Of a stretch of DNA of 64,000 nt, positions 35,015 to 47,375 are shown in pieces (positions within the stretch are counted from its first letter, which is position 1; each line of letters begins with the position of its first letter). Source of the stretch: Eledone cirrhosa (lineage: Eukaryota); the NCBI GenBank assembly GCA_964016885.1, contig OZ024740.1:428420001-428484000 (forward strand), written 5' to 3'. The notes under the pieces were generated by a model. It was not told where the DNA came from. It ran no database searches and was given only the letters and a program-made list of their open reading frames with translations. The translations under genes were made by a program, and so were the position numbers.

Positions 35015-37712
35015 GAGGGTGTGTATGTTGTGTCGTGTGAGGGTGTGTCTGTTGTGTTGTGTGAGGGTGTGTCTGTTGTGTTGTGTGAGGGTGTGTCTGT
35101 TGTGTCGTGTGAGGGTGTTTCTGTTGTGTTGTGTGAGGGTGTTTCTGTTGTGTTGTGTGAGGGTGTGTCGTGTGAGGGTATGTCTGTTGTGTCGTGTGAG
35201 GGTGTGTCTGTTGTGTCGTGTGAGGGTGTTTCTGTTGTGTTGTGTGAGGGTGTGTCTGTTGTGTTGTGTGAGGGTGTGTCTGTTGTGTCGTGTGAGGGTG
35301 TTTCTGTTGTGTTGTGTGAGGGTGTGTCGTGTGAGGGTATGTCTGTTGTGTCGTGTGAGGGTGTGTCTGTTGTGTCGTGTGAGGGTGTTTCTGTTGTGTT
35401 GTGTGAGGGTGTGTCTGTTGTGTCGTGTGAGGGTGTGTCGTGTGAGGGTATGTCTGTTGTGTCGTGTGAGGGTGTGTCTGTTGTGTCGTGTGAGGGTGTG
35501 TCTGTTGTGTTGTGTGAGGGTGTGTCTGTTGTGTTGTGTGGGTGTGTGTCTGTTGTGTTGTGTGAGGGTGTGTCTGTTGTGTCGTGTGAGGGTGTGTCTG
35601 TTGGGTTGTGTGAGGGTATGTCTGTTGTGTTGTGTGGGGGTGTGTCTGTTGTGTTGTGTGGGGGTGTGTCTGTTGTGTTGTGTGAGGGTGTGTCTGTCGT
35701 GTCGTGTGAGGGTGTGTCGTGTGAGGGTATGTCTGTTGTGTCGTGTGAGGGTGTGTCTGTTGTGTCGTGTGAGGGTGTGTCTGTTGTGTTGTGTGAGGGT
35801 GTGTCTGTTGTGTTGTGTGGGTGTGTGTCTGTTGTGTTGTGTGAGGGTGTGTCTGTTGTGTCGTGTGAGGGTGTGTCGTGTGAGGGTATGTCTGTTGTGT
35901 CGTGTGAGGGTGTGTCTGTCGTGTCGTGTGAGGGTGTGTCTGTTGTGTTGTGTGAGGGTGTGTCTGTTGTGTTGTGTGGGTGTGTGTCTGTTGTGTTGTG
36001 TGAGGGTGTGTCTGTTGTGTCGTGTGAGGGTGTGTCGTGTGAGGGTGTGTCTGTTGTGTTGTGTGAGGGTGTGTCTGTTGTGTCGTGTGAGGGTGTGTCT
36101 GTTGTGTTGTGTGAGGGTCTGTCTGTTGTGCTGTGTGAGGGTGTGTCTGTTGTGCTGTGTGAGGGTGTGTCTGTTGTGTCGTGTGAGGGTGTGTCTGTTG
36201 TGTTGTGTGAGGGTGTGTTGTGTGAGGGTGTGTCTGTTGTGTTGTGTGAGGGTGTGTCTGTTGTGTTGTGTGAAGTTGTGTCTGTTGTGTCGTGTGAGGG
36301 TGTGTCTGTTGTGTTCTGTGTCTGTTGTGTCGTGTGAGGGTGTGTCTGTTGTGTTGTGTGAGGGTGTGTCTGTTGTGTTGTGTGTGTGTGTGGGGGGGTG
36401 TCTGTTGTGTTGTGTGAGGGTGTGTCTGTTGTGTCGTGTGACGGTGTGTCTGTTGTGTTGTGTGGGTGTGTGTCTGTTGTGTTGTGTGAGGGTGTGTCTG
36501 TCGTGTCGTGTGAGGGTGTGTCGTGTGAGGGTATGTCTGTTGTGTCGTGTGAGGGTATGTCTGTTGTGTTGTATCGGGGTGTGTCTGTTGTATTGTGTGA
36601 GGGTGTGTCTGTTATGTTGTGCGACTGTGTGTCTGTTGTGTTGTGTGAGAGTGTGTCTGTTGTGTGGTGCGACTGTGTGTCTGTTGTGTTGTATGTCTGT
36701 TGTGTTGTGTGAGGGTGTGTCTGTTGTGTGTCTGTTGTGTCGTGGGAGGGTGTGTCTGTTGTGTGGTGCGACTGTGTGTCTGTTGTGTTGTGTGTCTGTT
36801 GTGTTGTGGGAGGGTGTGTCTGTTGTGTGGTGCGACTGTGTGTCTGTTGTGTTGTGTGTCTGTTGTATTGTTTGAGGGTGTGTCTGTTGTGTGGTGCGAC
36901 TGTGTGTCTGTTGTGTTGTGTGTATGTTGTGTTGTGTGAGGGTGTGTCTGTTGTGTTGTGTGAGGGTGTGTCTGTTGTGTGGTGCGACTGTGTGCCTGTT
37001 GTGTTGTGTGTCTGTTGTGTCGTGGGAGGGTGTGTCTGTTGTGTGGTGCGACTGTGTGTCTGTTGTGTTGTGTGTCTGTTGTGTTGTGGGAGGGTGTGTC
37101 TGTTGTGTGGTGCGACTGTGTGTCTGTTGTGTTGTGTGTCTGTTGTATTGTTTGAGGGTGTGTCTGTTGTGTGGTGCGACTGTGTGTCTGTTGTCTTGTG
37201 TGTCTGTTGTGTTGTGTGAGGGTGTGTCTGTTGTGTGGTGCGACTGTGTGTCTGTTGTGTTGTGTGTCTGTTGTGTTGTGTGAGGGTGTGCCTGTTGTGT
37301 GGTGCGACTGTGTGTCTGTTGTGTTGTGTGTCTGTTGTGTCGTGTGAGAGTGTGTCTGTTGTGTGGTGCGACTGTGTGTCTGTTGTCTTGTGTGTCTGTT
37401 GTGTTGTGTGAGGGTGTGTCTGTTGTGTGGTGCGACTGTGTGTCTGTTGTGTTGTGTGTCTGTTGTGTCGTGGGAGGGTGTGTCTGTTGTGTGGTGCGAC
37501 TGTGTGTCTGTTGTGTTGTGTGTCTGTTGTGTTGTGTGAGGGTGTGTCTGTTGTGTGTTGCGACTGTGTGTCTGTTGTGTTGTGTGTCTGTTGTGTCGTG
37601 TGAGAGTGTGTCTGTTGTGTGGTGCGACTGTGTGTCTGTTGTCTTGTGTGTCTGTTGTGTCGTGTGAGAGTGTGTCTGTTGTGTGGTGCGACTGTGTGTC
37701 TGTTGTGTTGTG
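35015..37712. repeat. TG-rich minisatellite: 24-bp unit (GAGGGTGTGTCTGTTGTGTYGTGT) changing to a 64-bp unit after about 36.7 kb
   Basis: 8-aa periodicity (EGVSVV[S/L]C) in the ORF track; the GGTGCGAC marker recurs every 64 bp from 36981 to 37685 (one copy varies). Confidence 0.95.
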
Positions 37713-37925
37713 TGTGTGAGTATGCTGTATTGTGTTTGTGTAAATGTGTGGTGTGTGTGTGCGTATTGTGTGTGGTGTGTGTTTGTGTGTATGCATGAGT
37801 GTGTGTGTTGTATGTGTAAGTGTGGCGTGCGTGTGTTTGTGTTTGTCTGTACGAGATTATTTGGTCGCTCGTCTGAGAAAATGAAGATCGATTCGACCTG
37901 ACAAGACATCCGACTTCTTCTAGCT

Positions 37926-37935
37926 CTATGTCTAC

Positions 37936-38015
<80 letters not shown>

Positions 38016-38063
38016 GTCTATCTATCTATCTGTCTATCTGTCTGTCTATCTATCTATCTATCT
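37926..38063. repeat. (TCTA)n/(TCTG)n microsatellite
   Basis: Read directly from sequence. Confidence 0.95.
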
Positions 38064-38251
38064 GTTCATTTATTATTAGAAGACCAGCTTTTTGCAAAGC
38101 TGGTCACCTGAGCAAACGAAGAGCCTACTTTGTCAAATGATGAGTTTCCCGTAAAACCTCTTGTGGATTCGTTACAAGATCGACATTTAATCTAATATCA
38201 CAATTGTTATTATTGTTATCATTGTTATCAATGTTATCATTGTTGTTGTTG

Positions 38252-38295
<44 letters not shown>

Positions 38296-38549
38296 GTTAT
38301 TGCAACTATGAGGAAGCGACGTTATCTTCTTATCACGATCAACTCAAATAGAGCGATCTATAAGTATCGGACTCTGCTTACGATTAGATGAAAAACTACT
38401 TATAATCTATTGTTCCAGGTGATTAACTTATCTATACTTGCAGTGAACCGGCTTAAATATCTTCACAAAGTTCCTGTCGCTTAAACTTTTACACATAACT
38501 CAGAAAGACATTAAATAGAAACAATTAGGAATGTACATACCATTTTCTG

Positions 38550-38702
<153 letters not shown>

Positions 38703-38715
38703 TAATCATATATAT

Positions 38716-38887
38716 ATATTGTTATACTTTGGAAGGGTCATGTTGCCAATAAGAAACACATGCACCAGTTGCTTTCACTTCAATTTATTATAATAAATTT
38801 ATAAATTTATTATAATAAATTGAAGTGAAAGCAACTGGTGCGGGTGTTTCTTATTGGCAACATGACCCTCCCAAAGTATAACAATAT
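38716..38887. repeat. ~170-bp palindrome next to (TA)n
   Basis: Arms of about 80 bp are near-perfect reverse complements around an AT-only centre. Confidence 0.88.
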
Positions 38888-39152
38888 CGGTTTCAACACA
38901 CGATTTCAGATAAAGAATCTTGCTAAGCAAATTCAGAAACGAAATATATATATATATATATATATACATATAAATATATATTTTATATATATATGTGTGT
39001 GTGTGTATACATATATATATATATAGAGAGAGAGATAGAACGAGAAAGTGAGAGAGATTTATATAATATATATATATATATATATATACTAAGAAACAAT
39101 CATATATATCTATAAATATAATCATATGTATATACATTATATACCATCATAG

Positions 39153-39218
<66 letters not shown>

Positions 39219-39247
39219 GTAAGAATAACTGTCTTCAGGTTTGTAAA

Positions 39248-39320
39248 CGGGGTCGATAAAATAAAGTACCAGTAATGCACTGGGTAATTGCTGGCCTTGT
39301 GCCAAAAGTAGAAACAATTA
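39248..39320 (+). mobile_element. SINE S1 3' fragment
   Basis: GGGGTCGATAAAATAAAGTACCAG..GTGCCAAAAGTAGAAAC. Confidence 0.8.
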
Positions 39321-39447
39321 TATATTTATAATGTAAAATTGTTTGTTACTTGGATAACAAATTATATAACGGAACAGTGTTTATAATAGTCTTATAATTA
39401 GAGCTTTTCATGTGATAATCAGTTGTTTGTGACTTCCTCTAGCTATC

Positions 39448-39527
<80 letters not shown>

Positions 39528-39965
39528 CACGCGCACTCACGCACGCACGCACACACTGGGGTGAGACATGTCTTTAATGCGTTGAAATGTCCAAGAACCC
39601 CAGCAGACAACTGATAAAGGAAAATTTTGTCCCCTTCTTGCTTTCCTCTTTTTATAAGTATAACTTAACCAGCAACTACACAGCCCGTTTATTCTTATAT
39701 ATATATGCTTATGCTGAAAGAATAACTATGTTGCTTGTGTTTATTTCCATCTTCGGTTAGCTTCCCCCTGTGTTGTTTACTTGTCTCACTCGCTTTACGC
39801 GTTTCTATTGTCCTAATAACTTATTTTAGTTATTATCGCTCCAACGTGAGGTATATGATTTTTAATGCGATGAAATACCCATGATCGTTTGGTAAATCAC
39901 TGATGAGGGACTCATTTTATAACATGTTATCCATGTGCAACCAGCAGTTTTCTTCTCCCCCATAT

Positions 39966-40103
<138 letters not shown>

Positions 40104-40268
40104 TAGAATTGGTGCTCTGAAATAGCGAGCGATATATATATGAATGTATATATAGTGTATTTGGTAATACACTGTATGCTTAATTAAAAGCATTTTGAAG
40201 ACCTTACGCTATTGTTTTAAAGTAGTGACAATGTCACTTACTTCAATTTTCACCAAACAAGGGGAGAT

Positions 40269-40315
40269 AAGCTGACAGAGCTCTGTTTCATATTTGTTGG
40301 TACTTATCAAAGCTC
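40269..40315 (-). ncRNA. Type I hammerhead motif, variant core UUGAUAA (U3:A8), family A copy 2
   Basis: GAGCT-TTGATAA-GTAC caacaa ATAT-GAAAC-AGAGCTCT-GTC-AGCTT. Stem I intact, stem II damaged. The 5' half is duplicated as a 33-bp tandem (40288-40353). Flanks 40100-40470 match 23540-23860. Confidence 0.75.
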
Positions 40316-40480
40316 AGCACTCATATTTGTTGGTACTTATCAAAGCTCAGCACTCCTCCTGTTTGCTGAAAATTATGAATGATGGATTCTTATACAATTC
40401 TAGTAATAATCAGGAATGATTTTAATTAAGCATACAGTGTATTGTAAAATACACTGTATATACATTCATATATATACATA

Positions 40481-40677
40481 TAACGAAGGAAGTGTGGTAA
40501 GGAACCAGGTGGACCATAACGCACCAGAGTACTCAATACTTTGGATAGTGGAGTGGGTAATAGGAACAGAGTCAGAACCCCGACTACAGAGCTCAAGCCC
40601 TTTCGACAGCTATTTCTGGACTGTCCAGAAATAGCTGTCGAAACGGCTTGAGCCTGCCGTCGGGTGCTGATTCTTTT

Positions 40678-40680
<3 letters not shown>
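40481..40680 (-). mobile_element. Short (TA)n-embedded element (family K) ending in a palindrome made of two hammerhead 3' halves
   Basis: Body AACGAAGGAAGTGT..GTGGGTAATAGG also occurs near 45180, 47260-47345 and 63846-63928. Palindrome 40572-40670 is centred at 40622. Confidence 0.8.
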
Positions 40681-40742
<62 letters not shown>

Positions 40743-40890
40743 GCATAAATATAATATTTCGCTGTGGGAGCAGCAAAGTTTTAACTTTCGGAAAATTACC
40801 TATTGCCACCCTACCATGAGGCCACCCTAATGTACAGATATCCGTATGTGGTTAACAGCTGAGAGAAATGAATGAGTACTCGGTATTGAG

Positions 40891-40961
<71 letters not shown>

Positions 40962-40962
<1 letters not shown>

Positions 40963-43657
40963 TAGCGGAGCTACCCGGCTTCGCTCAGTGTTAAAAAGCT
41001 TATTTAGAAAAGAATAATATTAACATTTTAATCGTTATTTAAAAACTTCTGTAATTTAGTTTCTATTTTTTAGATTTTAACATTTATCTTTAAATGACTG
41101 AATGACTGACGAATTTAAAGAAAATTCGTTATAAGAACATTTAATTTGTTTTACTGAAGTGCTTTTGGATACACAATGTTTTTTGTTTTTCCTTCTGGTG
41201 CGTACACGAATAAATCAGAAGGTTTACCGACGCGTGAGCACGCCACATACAGCTGTCCATGTGAGAAGCATGGATTTTCTAAATTTAGTCCACACACTTG
41301 TAGCGATTGTCCTTGTGCTTTGTTAATAGTCATTGCAAAGGCGAGTCGCACCGGAAACTGTAAACGTTTGAAATCGAATGGCGTATCTGTTGGAATGATT
41401 GGGATGCGTGGCAAGAGTACATCTTCTCCTTTAAATTTTCCATTTAAAATTGTAGCCTCGATGATATTGTTCATCGTCTTTTTCACTGAAAGTCTGGTAC
41501 CGTTGCAAAGTTGTGGTGGATTGATGTTTCGGAGAAGGATGATAGGCACGCCAATTTTCAATGTTAAAATGTGCGGTGGCATGCCTGGCAAATCAAGTGA
41601 ATTCAAGAATTCAATTGGATAATTGATAATTTCGTCTTGATTCATTACAGTATCGATGGACTTATACGTTGTCGCTTCGCCTGGTATTTCGTTTTGAATG
41701 CTGAAATTAATGGCATTGACATCGGTGTTTTTGGCTGCTAATATAGCACGTACACTGAGCCACTGATGATTTTTGTAATGCTGCGCAATATTTGGGAACA
41801 CTTTGTGAATCAGTTCGTCTCTGGTTGCCGTGATTCTACAGAAGTTTGTTGGCAATGTGATACATTTTGTGGAATCATCGATTACCATTTTCCCATTCCC
41901 AATATCCAGCAATTGTTTTGTGAAACGTTCAGCGGATGCGTCATTTTGTAGTTGTACACGCATATTGTTTTTAAAGTTAATTTCTGTACGTGTCGCCATA
42001 AAACTGATGATTTGAGACATGCATTAAGCTCATCAGCGGGTGTTGATCGCGGTATAACTGGTAGAGTTTGTCGAAAATCACCAGACAATAAAATGAGTGT
42101 GCCACCGAAGAGCTGTTCATTTCCTTTCAAATCTTTTAGCGTATTATTAAGCGCTTCCAATGATTTTTTGTGCGCCATAGTACATTCGTCCCATATAATG
42201 ATTTTACATGATTGGAGTACTTTACCTATACCAGAATTTTTGGTAATATTGCATGTTGATGTCTCAGCGATTTGCATATTCAATGGCAATTTCAGGGCTG
42301 AATGTGTTGTTCGGCCACCATCTAAAAGAGTTGCCGCAATTCCAGATGATGCGATTGCCAGTGCAATATTATTTTCTGATCGTATAGTTGCTAAAATAAG
42401 TGAAATGAGAAAACGTTTGCCTGTACCACCGGGCGCATCTATAAAATACAATCCGCCGCTTTGACTTATAATTGCCTGCATAATTTGGTCATATACTATG
42501 CGTTGTTCTGGTAGCAATTTGGGAAGATTCGTTTGAACAAATGTACCCAATTCGGCGACATCAAATTTTGTTTCTTGTTGCAAATCACGATCGAAAATGT
42601 CGTTTACAGATCGATTCGGCGCAGGCATTCCCAATTGTACCAATGTTTTGTTAGCGATTGCTAAACATATGACCTCAATGGAAACCAATGCTTCATTATA
42701 CACATTTTGTGTGAATTGAATATTCATATTTTGATTTGTTGCACGCAAACGATGTAGGATATCTTCACTCATGTAGTCTTTATATTTTTCCCAAAGATCT
42801 TTTGGATTTGATGGGAAGCACGTTGTCCATATTATTGAGAATAATGTGCGTATTTGCTTTGGTCGAGCAGTATTCGATGCATCAGCGAGTGAAGTGTCCC
42901 AATGTCCATCATTTTCAAGAAGATTTAATTCTTGGCAAGCCTCACGATAAGTGGCACATACTTGACCGTTTACTGTTCTCAATTCTTGGAATGATGTCGG
43001 TCCACGTATGTGTCCAGGTCAGGAAAATAAGGACAGACGAAATGAAGATATCAAATTACAGCACTTAGTTAAGGGCTAGCTGAAAAAGAATTCCCTGTAA
43101 TGGGAGTGGAAGGGAAGTAATGTGAAACAGACACTATACTAATTCTATTGAAATTATATTAAATTAAAGAGAGAATTTACTAATTCTATTGAAATTATAT
43201 TAAATTAAAGAGAGAATACTAATTCTATTGAAATTATCTTTAATTATAAAAATTTCACACTAGCTCTTTCACTCACTCTTTGTCTATACGTTGATTTCTC
43301 TTTCTCCGTTTATAGCACTCTCTCTTTGTCTATACGTTGCTCTTTCACTCTCTCTTTGTCTATACGTTGATTTCTCTTTCTCCGTTTATAACTTTAGAGA
43401 CAGTCTAATATAGGGAGTGGTTCAAAGCAGCCAGACTACTCGCTCTTTCACTCGTTGCTCTTTCACTCTCTCTTTGTCTATACGTTGATTTCTCTTTCTC
43501 CGTTTATAACTTTAGAGACAGTCTAATATAGGGAGTGGTTCAAAGCAGCCAGACTACTCGCTCTTTCACTCTCTGTTTGAATATACGTTGATTTCTCTTT
43601 CTCCGTTTATATCTTTGGACAAACAAACAAACATACATTCATTTTTATATATATAGA
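40962..43657 (-). mobile_element. Helitron internal-deletion derivative (2.7 kb) retaining the helicase
   Basis: Minus strand starts A|TCTATATATATAAAAATG at 43657; hairpin CTGAGCGAAGCCGG; ends CTAG|T at 40962. Internal tandem repeats at 43137-43610. Confidence 0.93.
41151..43012 (-). pseudogene. Pif1-family (SF1B) helicase domain of Helitron RepHel, frameshifted, Rep domain missing
   Basis: DAPGGTGK, IIWDECTM, GDFRQTLPV, LCNGTRL, QFPVRLAFAMTINKAQGQS and FSHGQLYVACSRV. A one-base deletion near 41965 splits LTLKT/NMRV between two ORFs. Confidence 0.95.
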
Positions 43658-43773
43658 TATATATATGTAAGTAAGATGTATGGTAGGTCGTATGTGAATC
43701 GCGATGATCACGTCTGACTTACCAAATATGTGACGGTAGCTAGTTAAGCTCTATGCGTATACGCAGAGCAGAA

Positions 43774-44018
43774 ATATTAGTGAAAAAGAACAAAGGAACT
43801 ATTATGACATTATAACAAGTTTATTGCCGACAGCCGTTTCGTCCGACCCCATCAAGGCATATAACATGTGATTGCAAGATTGAGTGATACGTTGATGTAA
43901 ACAATGATCTTGCAATCACATGTTATATGCCTTGATAAGTCCCACCATGGGGTCGGACGAAACGGCTGTCGGCAATAAACTTGTTATAATGTCATAATAG
44001 TTCCTTTGTTCTTTTTCA

Positions 44019-44025
<7 letters not shown>
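43774..44025. repeat. Palindrome with ~110-bp arms and a 26-nt loop, hammerhead in each arm
   Basis: Arms are identical except that the left arm (motif remnant 43825-43859, minus) lacks AAGTCCCACCAT. Confidence 0.92.
43928..43974 (+). ncRNA. Intact type I hammerhead motif, variant core UUGAUAA (U3:A8), family F
   Basis: TGCC-TTGATAA-GTCC caccatggggtc GGAC-GAAAC-GGCT-GTC-GGCA, running into AATAAA. All three stems pair; GUC triplet; predicted cut after 43970. Confidence 0.87.
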
Positions 44026-44074
<49 letters not shown>

Positions 44075-44344
44075 TATGTGTATATATATATATACTCTCC
44101 TTGCTTTCATATTTCTCCTTGCTCCCCTTTTCTCATTATATTTGTAAATAAACAATTACATAGATGCAATGAGAAGAGGAGAGGAAGGAGAGAAGGAGAG
44201 CAAGGAGAGCAGGGATAAATGGAGAGCAAGGGGATAAAGAATCAAAGGAGAGCAAGGAGAGCAAGGAGAAAAGGAGAGCAAGGTAAGCAGAGGGGAAAGG
44301 AGAGCAAGGAGAGCAGGAATAAAAAAGGAGAGCAAGGAGAGCAA

Positions 44345-44800
44345 TCAACTGAAGATGACTTTTCTTCCTTTACAAAAATTGAGTTTTCGTCTTTTGTAAC
44401 TCCTGAGAGATTTTCTATCAACATCGATTTCCTCGACAAAGACCCTTCAACATGAAAGGATGATCCTAGTTACAAATTATTGTATAGAAGTTGTGTGCTT
44501 TATTAAGAAAACCTAATATTTCTTAGGTTTTTCATGTTATTTCAGGAATTTTTCAAATTAACTATTGGTAAATTTGAATCAGAATATTTTAAAGAAGAAA
44601 AAAGAAAATGGTCGAGATAGGTAATATCACTTTTGAACAGAATTAATCGTTGCGTATACTATGTTCCAACTTCAAGGCGTTTGGGGGTCGCCTAACAGTT
44701 GTCCATTGAGCTGAGATTTTGCACACCACGGGTTTGTGTTGATTGAAACAGGATTAGGGGTTGGGAACAGCAAAATTACCTAAGCTAAGGGCCACCCTAA
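44345..44800 (+). mobile_element. Degraded DNA-transposon fragment, possibly Sola-like
   Basis: Peptide RFSINIDFLDKDPST*KDDPSY resembles a transposase C-terminal region from recall. The end GGCCACCCTAA is shared with 40820-40830. Confidence 0.3.
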
Positions 44801-44801
44801 T

Positions 44802-44841
<40 letters not shown>

Positions 44842-45042
44842 TTAAAAGATAGGTGTCGCTCTATCTCAAAATTATTTTTGAAAAGCATTAGAAATGCGCA
44901 ACCAGTAAAACTTAAAACCAAAACTGAATACTAACCAATACTATTACTAATTCTCACTTATTCCTAATTAAACTATTTTTCACTGTGAACAATTTGTCAG
45001 TATTTTCTTTTCCGTTTACCAATATATATATATATATATAAC

Positions 45043-45170
45043 TGTTTCTACTTTTGGCACAAGGCGAGCAATTATCCCAGTGTATTACTGGTACTTTATT
45101 TTATCGACCGCGTAAGGATGAAAGGCAAAGTTAACCTCGGCGGGATTTGAACTCAGACCATAAAGGGCCG
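45043..45170 (-). mobile_element. SINE S1, 5'-truncated
   Basis: B-box, body and tail present. Confidence 0.85.
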
Positions 45171-45341
45171 TATATATATAACGAAGGAAGTGTCGTAAGG
45201 AACCAGGTGGACCATAACGCACCAGAGTACTCAATACTTAGGGTAGTAGAGTGGGTAATAGGATCAAGACCCCGATGGCATTTTCCTATATATATATATC
45301 ATATATTTTCACTAGCTCTGACAGTTGGCAGGTAAGCAGTA

Positions 45342-45387
45342 AAGTGCACTGATGAAGAGTAATCACCTAGAAACAGTGTCTGCAGTT
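45342..45387 (+). ncRNA. Degenerate hammerhead motif, family E copy 2
   Basis: TGCA-CTGATGA-AGAGTaatcACCTA-GAAAC-AGT-GTC-TGCA. Flanks match the reverse complement of 33230-33410. Confidence 0.6.
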
Positions 45388-45488
45388 CTGTTAATATGCC
45401 AACACAATAGCCTGAATGAGGGGCTCCTTCTACTGACGTGGCTTATAAAAGAGGATGTTTGCATAATTGCAAACGAATCGAATATTAC

Positions 45489-45534
<46 letters not shown>

Positions 45535-45656
45535 CTGCCCGCCCAGCCAGTGGGATGGCGTTATCTTATGACTAAAACAGCACGATGTGCTGTGACCAGC
45601 GGCGCCGAATGGACGCCCGACAGACTGGTTGGTCAAGGTGATATATATATATATAT

Positions 45657-46596
45657 ATTTATTAAAATAACAGATTAAAGTTTAAGCAAAGAATCGCTGC
45701 TTTCACCCTTAACGGGATCTTCTGAAACTAACAAAGTCAATCTGTAAACGCAGAAGTGGATATTTCAAAAAACGTTGCAACCGGAGGAAGACAGGAAGAC
45801 GATACTTTGCTTCGTGGAAACGTTCCCTGACAAAAACGAAGATAATACGTCATATGTGGAGCGTGGAGAACAATTGCACCAAAGACAAAACCACGTAAAA
45901 GGTATAGCTGAAGTCGTAGACTAAAATTCTAACTAGGAAACCGAATGATTCTCCGCTTCAGAGTTAAGAAAAAGGTAAATAAAATACAATACAGAGGTAA
46001 TAGAAATTAAATATAAGCATACACGCATGCAACTACGTACATACACAAGCATACGCAAAACACTTACCATAGGAATACAAAACCACGCACATATAAATAT
46101 GTGTGTGTGTGTGTGTGTGCGTGTATACAAATAAATAAATAATTAAATAAACATATATAAATAAATAAATACGTATATAACAAGCGCGCACACATACCTA
46201 CATGTAAATACACAAATGTTCGGAGACGTAAGTCAACCAAAACATGAAGTACATATGACGTATTATCTTCGTTTTTTCCGTTCATTGCCAGAGAACGTCT
46301 CTATGAACCACCTAAGAGAACATTAGTCTACGACTTCTTTTATACCATAAACGTCTTTGCGTGTAATTGTTTTTCACCGCTCCAAATAATGACGTATTAT
46401 ATTCGTTTTTTCCCGTTCTTTGCCAGGGAACGTTTCCACGAACCAAACTATCGTCTTCCTGTCTTCCTCCGGCTGCAACGTTTTTTGAAATATTTACTTC
46501 TGCGTTCACAGATTGACTTTGTTATTTTCAGAAGATCCCGTTAAGGGTGAAGGCAGTGATTCTTTGCTTAAACTTTAATCTGTTATTTTAATAAAT
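45657..46596. repeat. Inverted repeat with ~270-bp arms (45657-45925 / 46322-46596)
   Basis: Arms are diverged reverse complements; fragments of the same family occur at 23445-23530 and 29088-29138. Confidence 0.85.
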
Positions 46597-46770
46597 ATTT
46601 GCTCTACGGTTCTTATATATTTGATATATATTTATCCTTATCGAGCCCTCTTTGGATTTTAGTCTCCAAATTTATTATTATTACTATATATATATATTTA
46701 TAAAGCAAAATTCAACCAATTTTTAAAAATAAATTAAAAAATATAATATAAATATTTACCTCTTCTAATG

Positions 46771-46852
46771 GCCCTTACTGATCAGTTTCGCCTTGTAAAA
46801 CCCCAGAAATCCGATGGATATCTGATGTAAAACCAAAGCTCATCAGAGAAGC
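46771..46852 (-). ncRNA. Type I hammerhead ribozyme motif, canonical core, long stem II, family G
   Basis: GCTTCT-CTGATGA-GCTTTG..CAAGGC-GAAAC-TGATCA-GTA-AGGGC. Stem III is the perfect palindrome ACTGATCAGT; GUA triplet. Confidence 0.83.
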
Positions 46853-47164
46853 GTTTTCCTTTCCTAGGGCTAAAAGACCCAGGAACGATAAAATATATGA
46901 CCTCCTGCCAGCTAACACAGGTCTGAAAGGTCGTAAAAGTGACCCGTATGTAAACCGGTCTGAAGTAAAAGCGGGAAACCACACACTTGCTGTCTATAAT
47001 TACTACTAAAAAAATAGCAGCTAAATAGAACAACAGGTTTGTTCTCTACATAACGGAGATTAATGAATGAAGTTAATATGTCCAAGGATACTAAGTACCC
47101 CTAGAAATACATAGGTTGTCTATGATTCAAGGTTGTTCAATGGTGTATCCTTGGACATATAGTT

Positions 47165-47339
47165 AAATGTTTAACCCCGACGGCTATTTTTTTTTTTTTT
47201 TTTTTAGTCTGGAAATAGCCGTCGAAACGGCTTGAGCTCTGCCGTCGGGGTTAAACATTTCCTATTACCCACTCTACTACCCTATGTATCGAGTACTCTG
47301 GTGCGTTATGGTCCATCTGGTTCCTTACCACACCTCCTT

Positions 47340-47345
<6 letters not shown>
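47165..47345 (+). mobile_element. Family K element with a hammerhead lacking its CUGANGA strand
   Basis: AAATGTTTAACCCC|GACGGCTATTT..AAATAGCCGTC-GAAACGGC ttgagctct GCCGTC-GGGGTTAAACATTT. Confidence 0.75.

Positions 47346-47375
<30 letters not shown>

Noticed and set aside
34982-37909. 974-aa His/Thr-rich and Cys/Val-rich ORFs
   Set aside because: They are translations of the 24/64-bp minisatellite in several frames and on both strands.
41176-43068. Plus-strand ORFs of 148, 170 and 110 aa over the helicase
   Set aside because: They are antisense shadows of the Helitron helicase frame.
45670-45746. ACAGATT..GAAACT..AGTC-AATCTGT hammerhead-like frame
   Set aside because: Stem I and the 3' half fit, but no core heptamer follows ACAGATT in any copy in the window.
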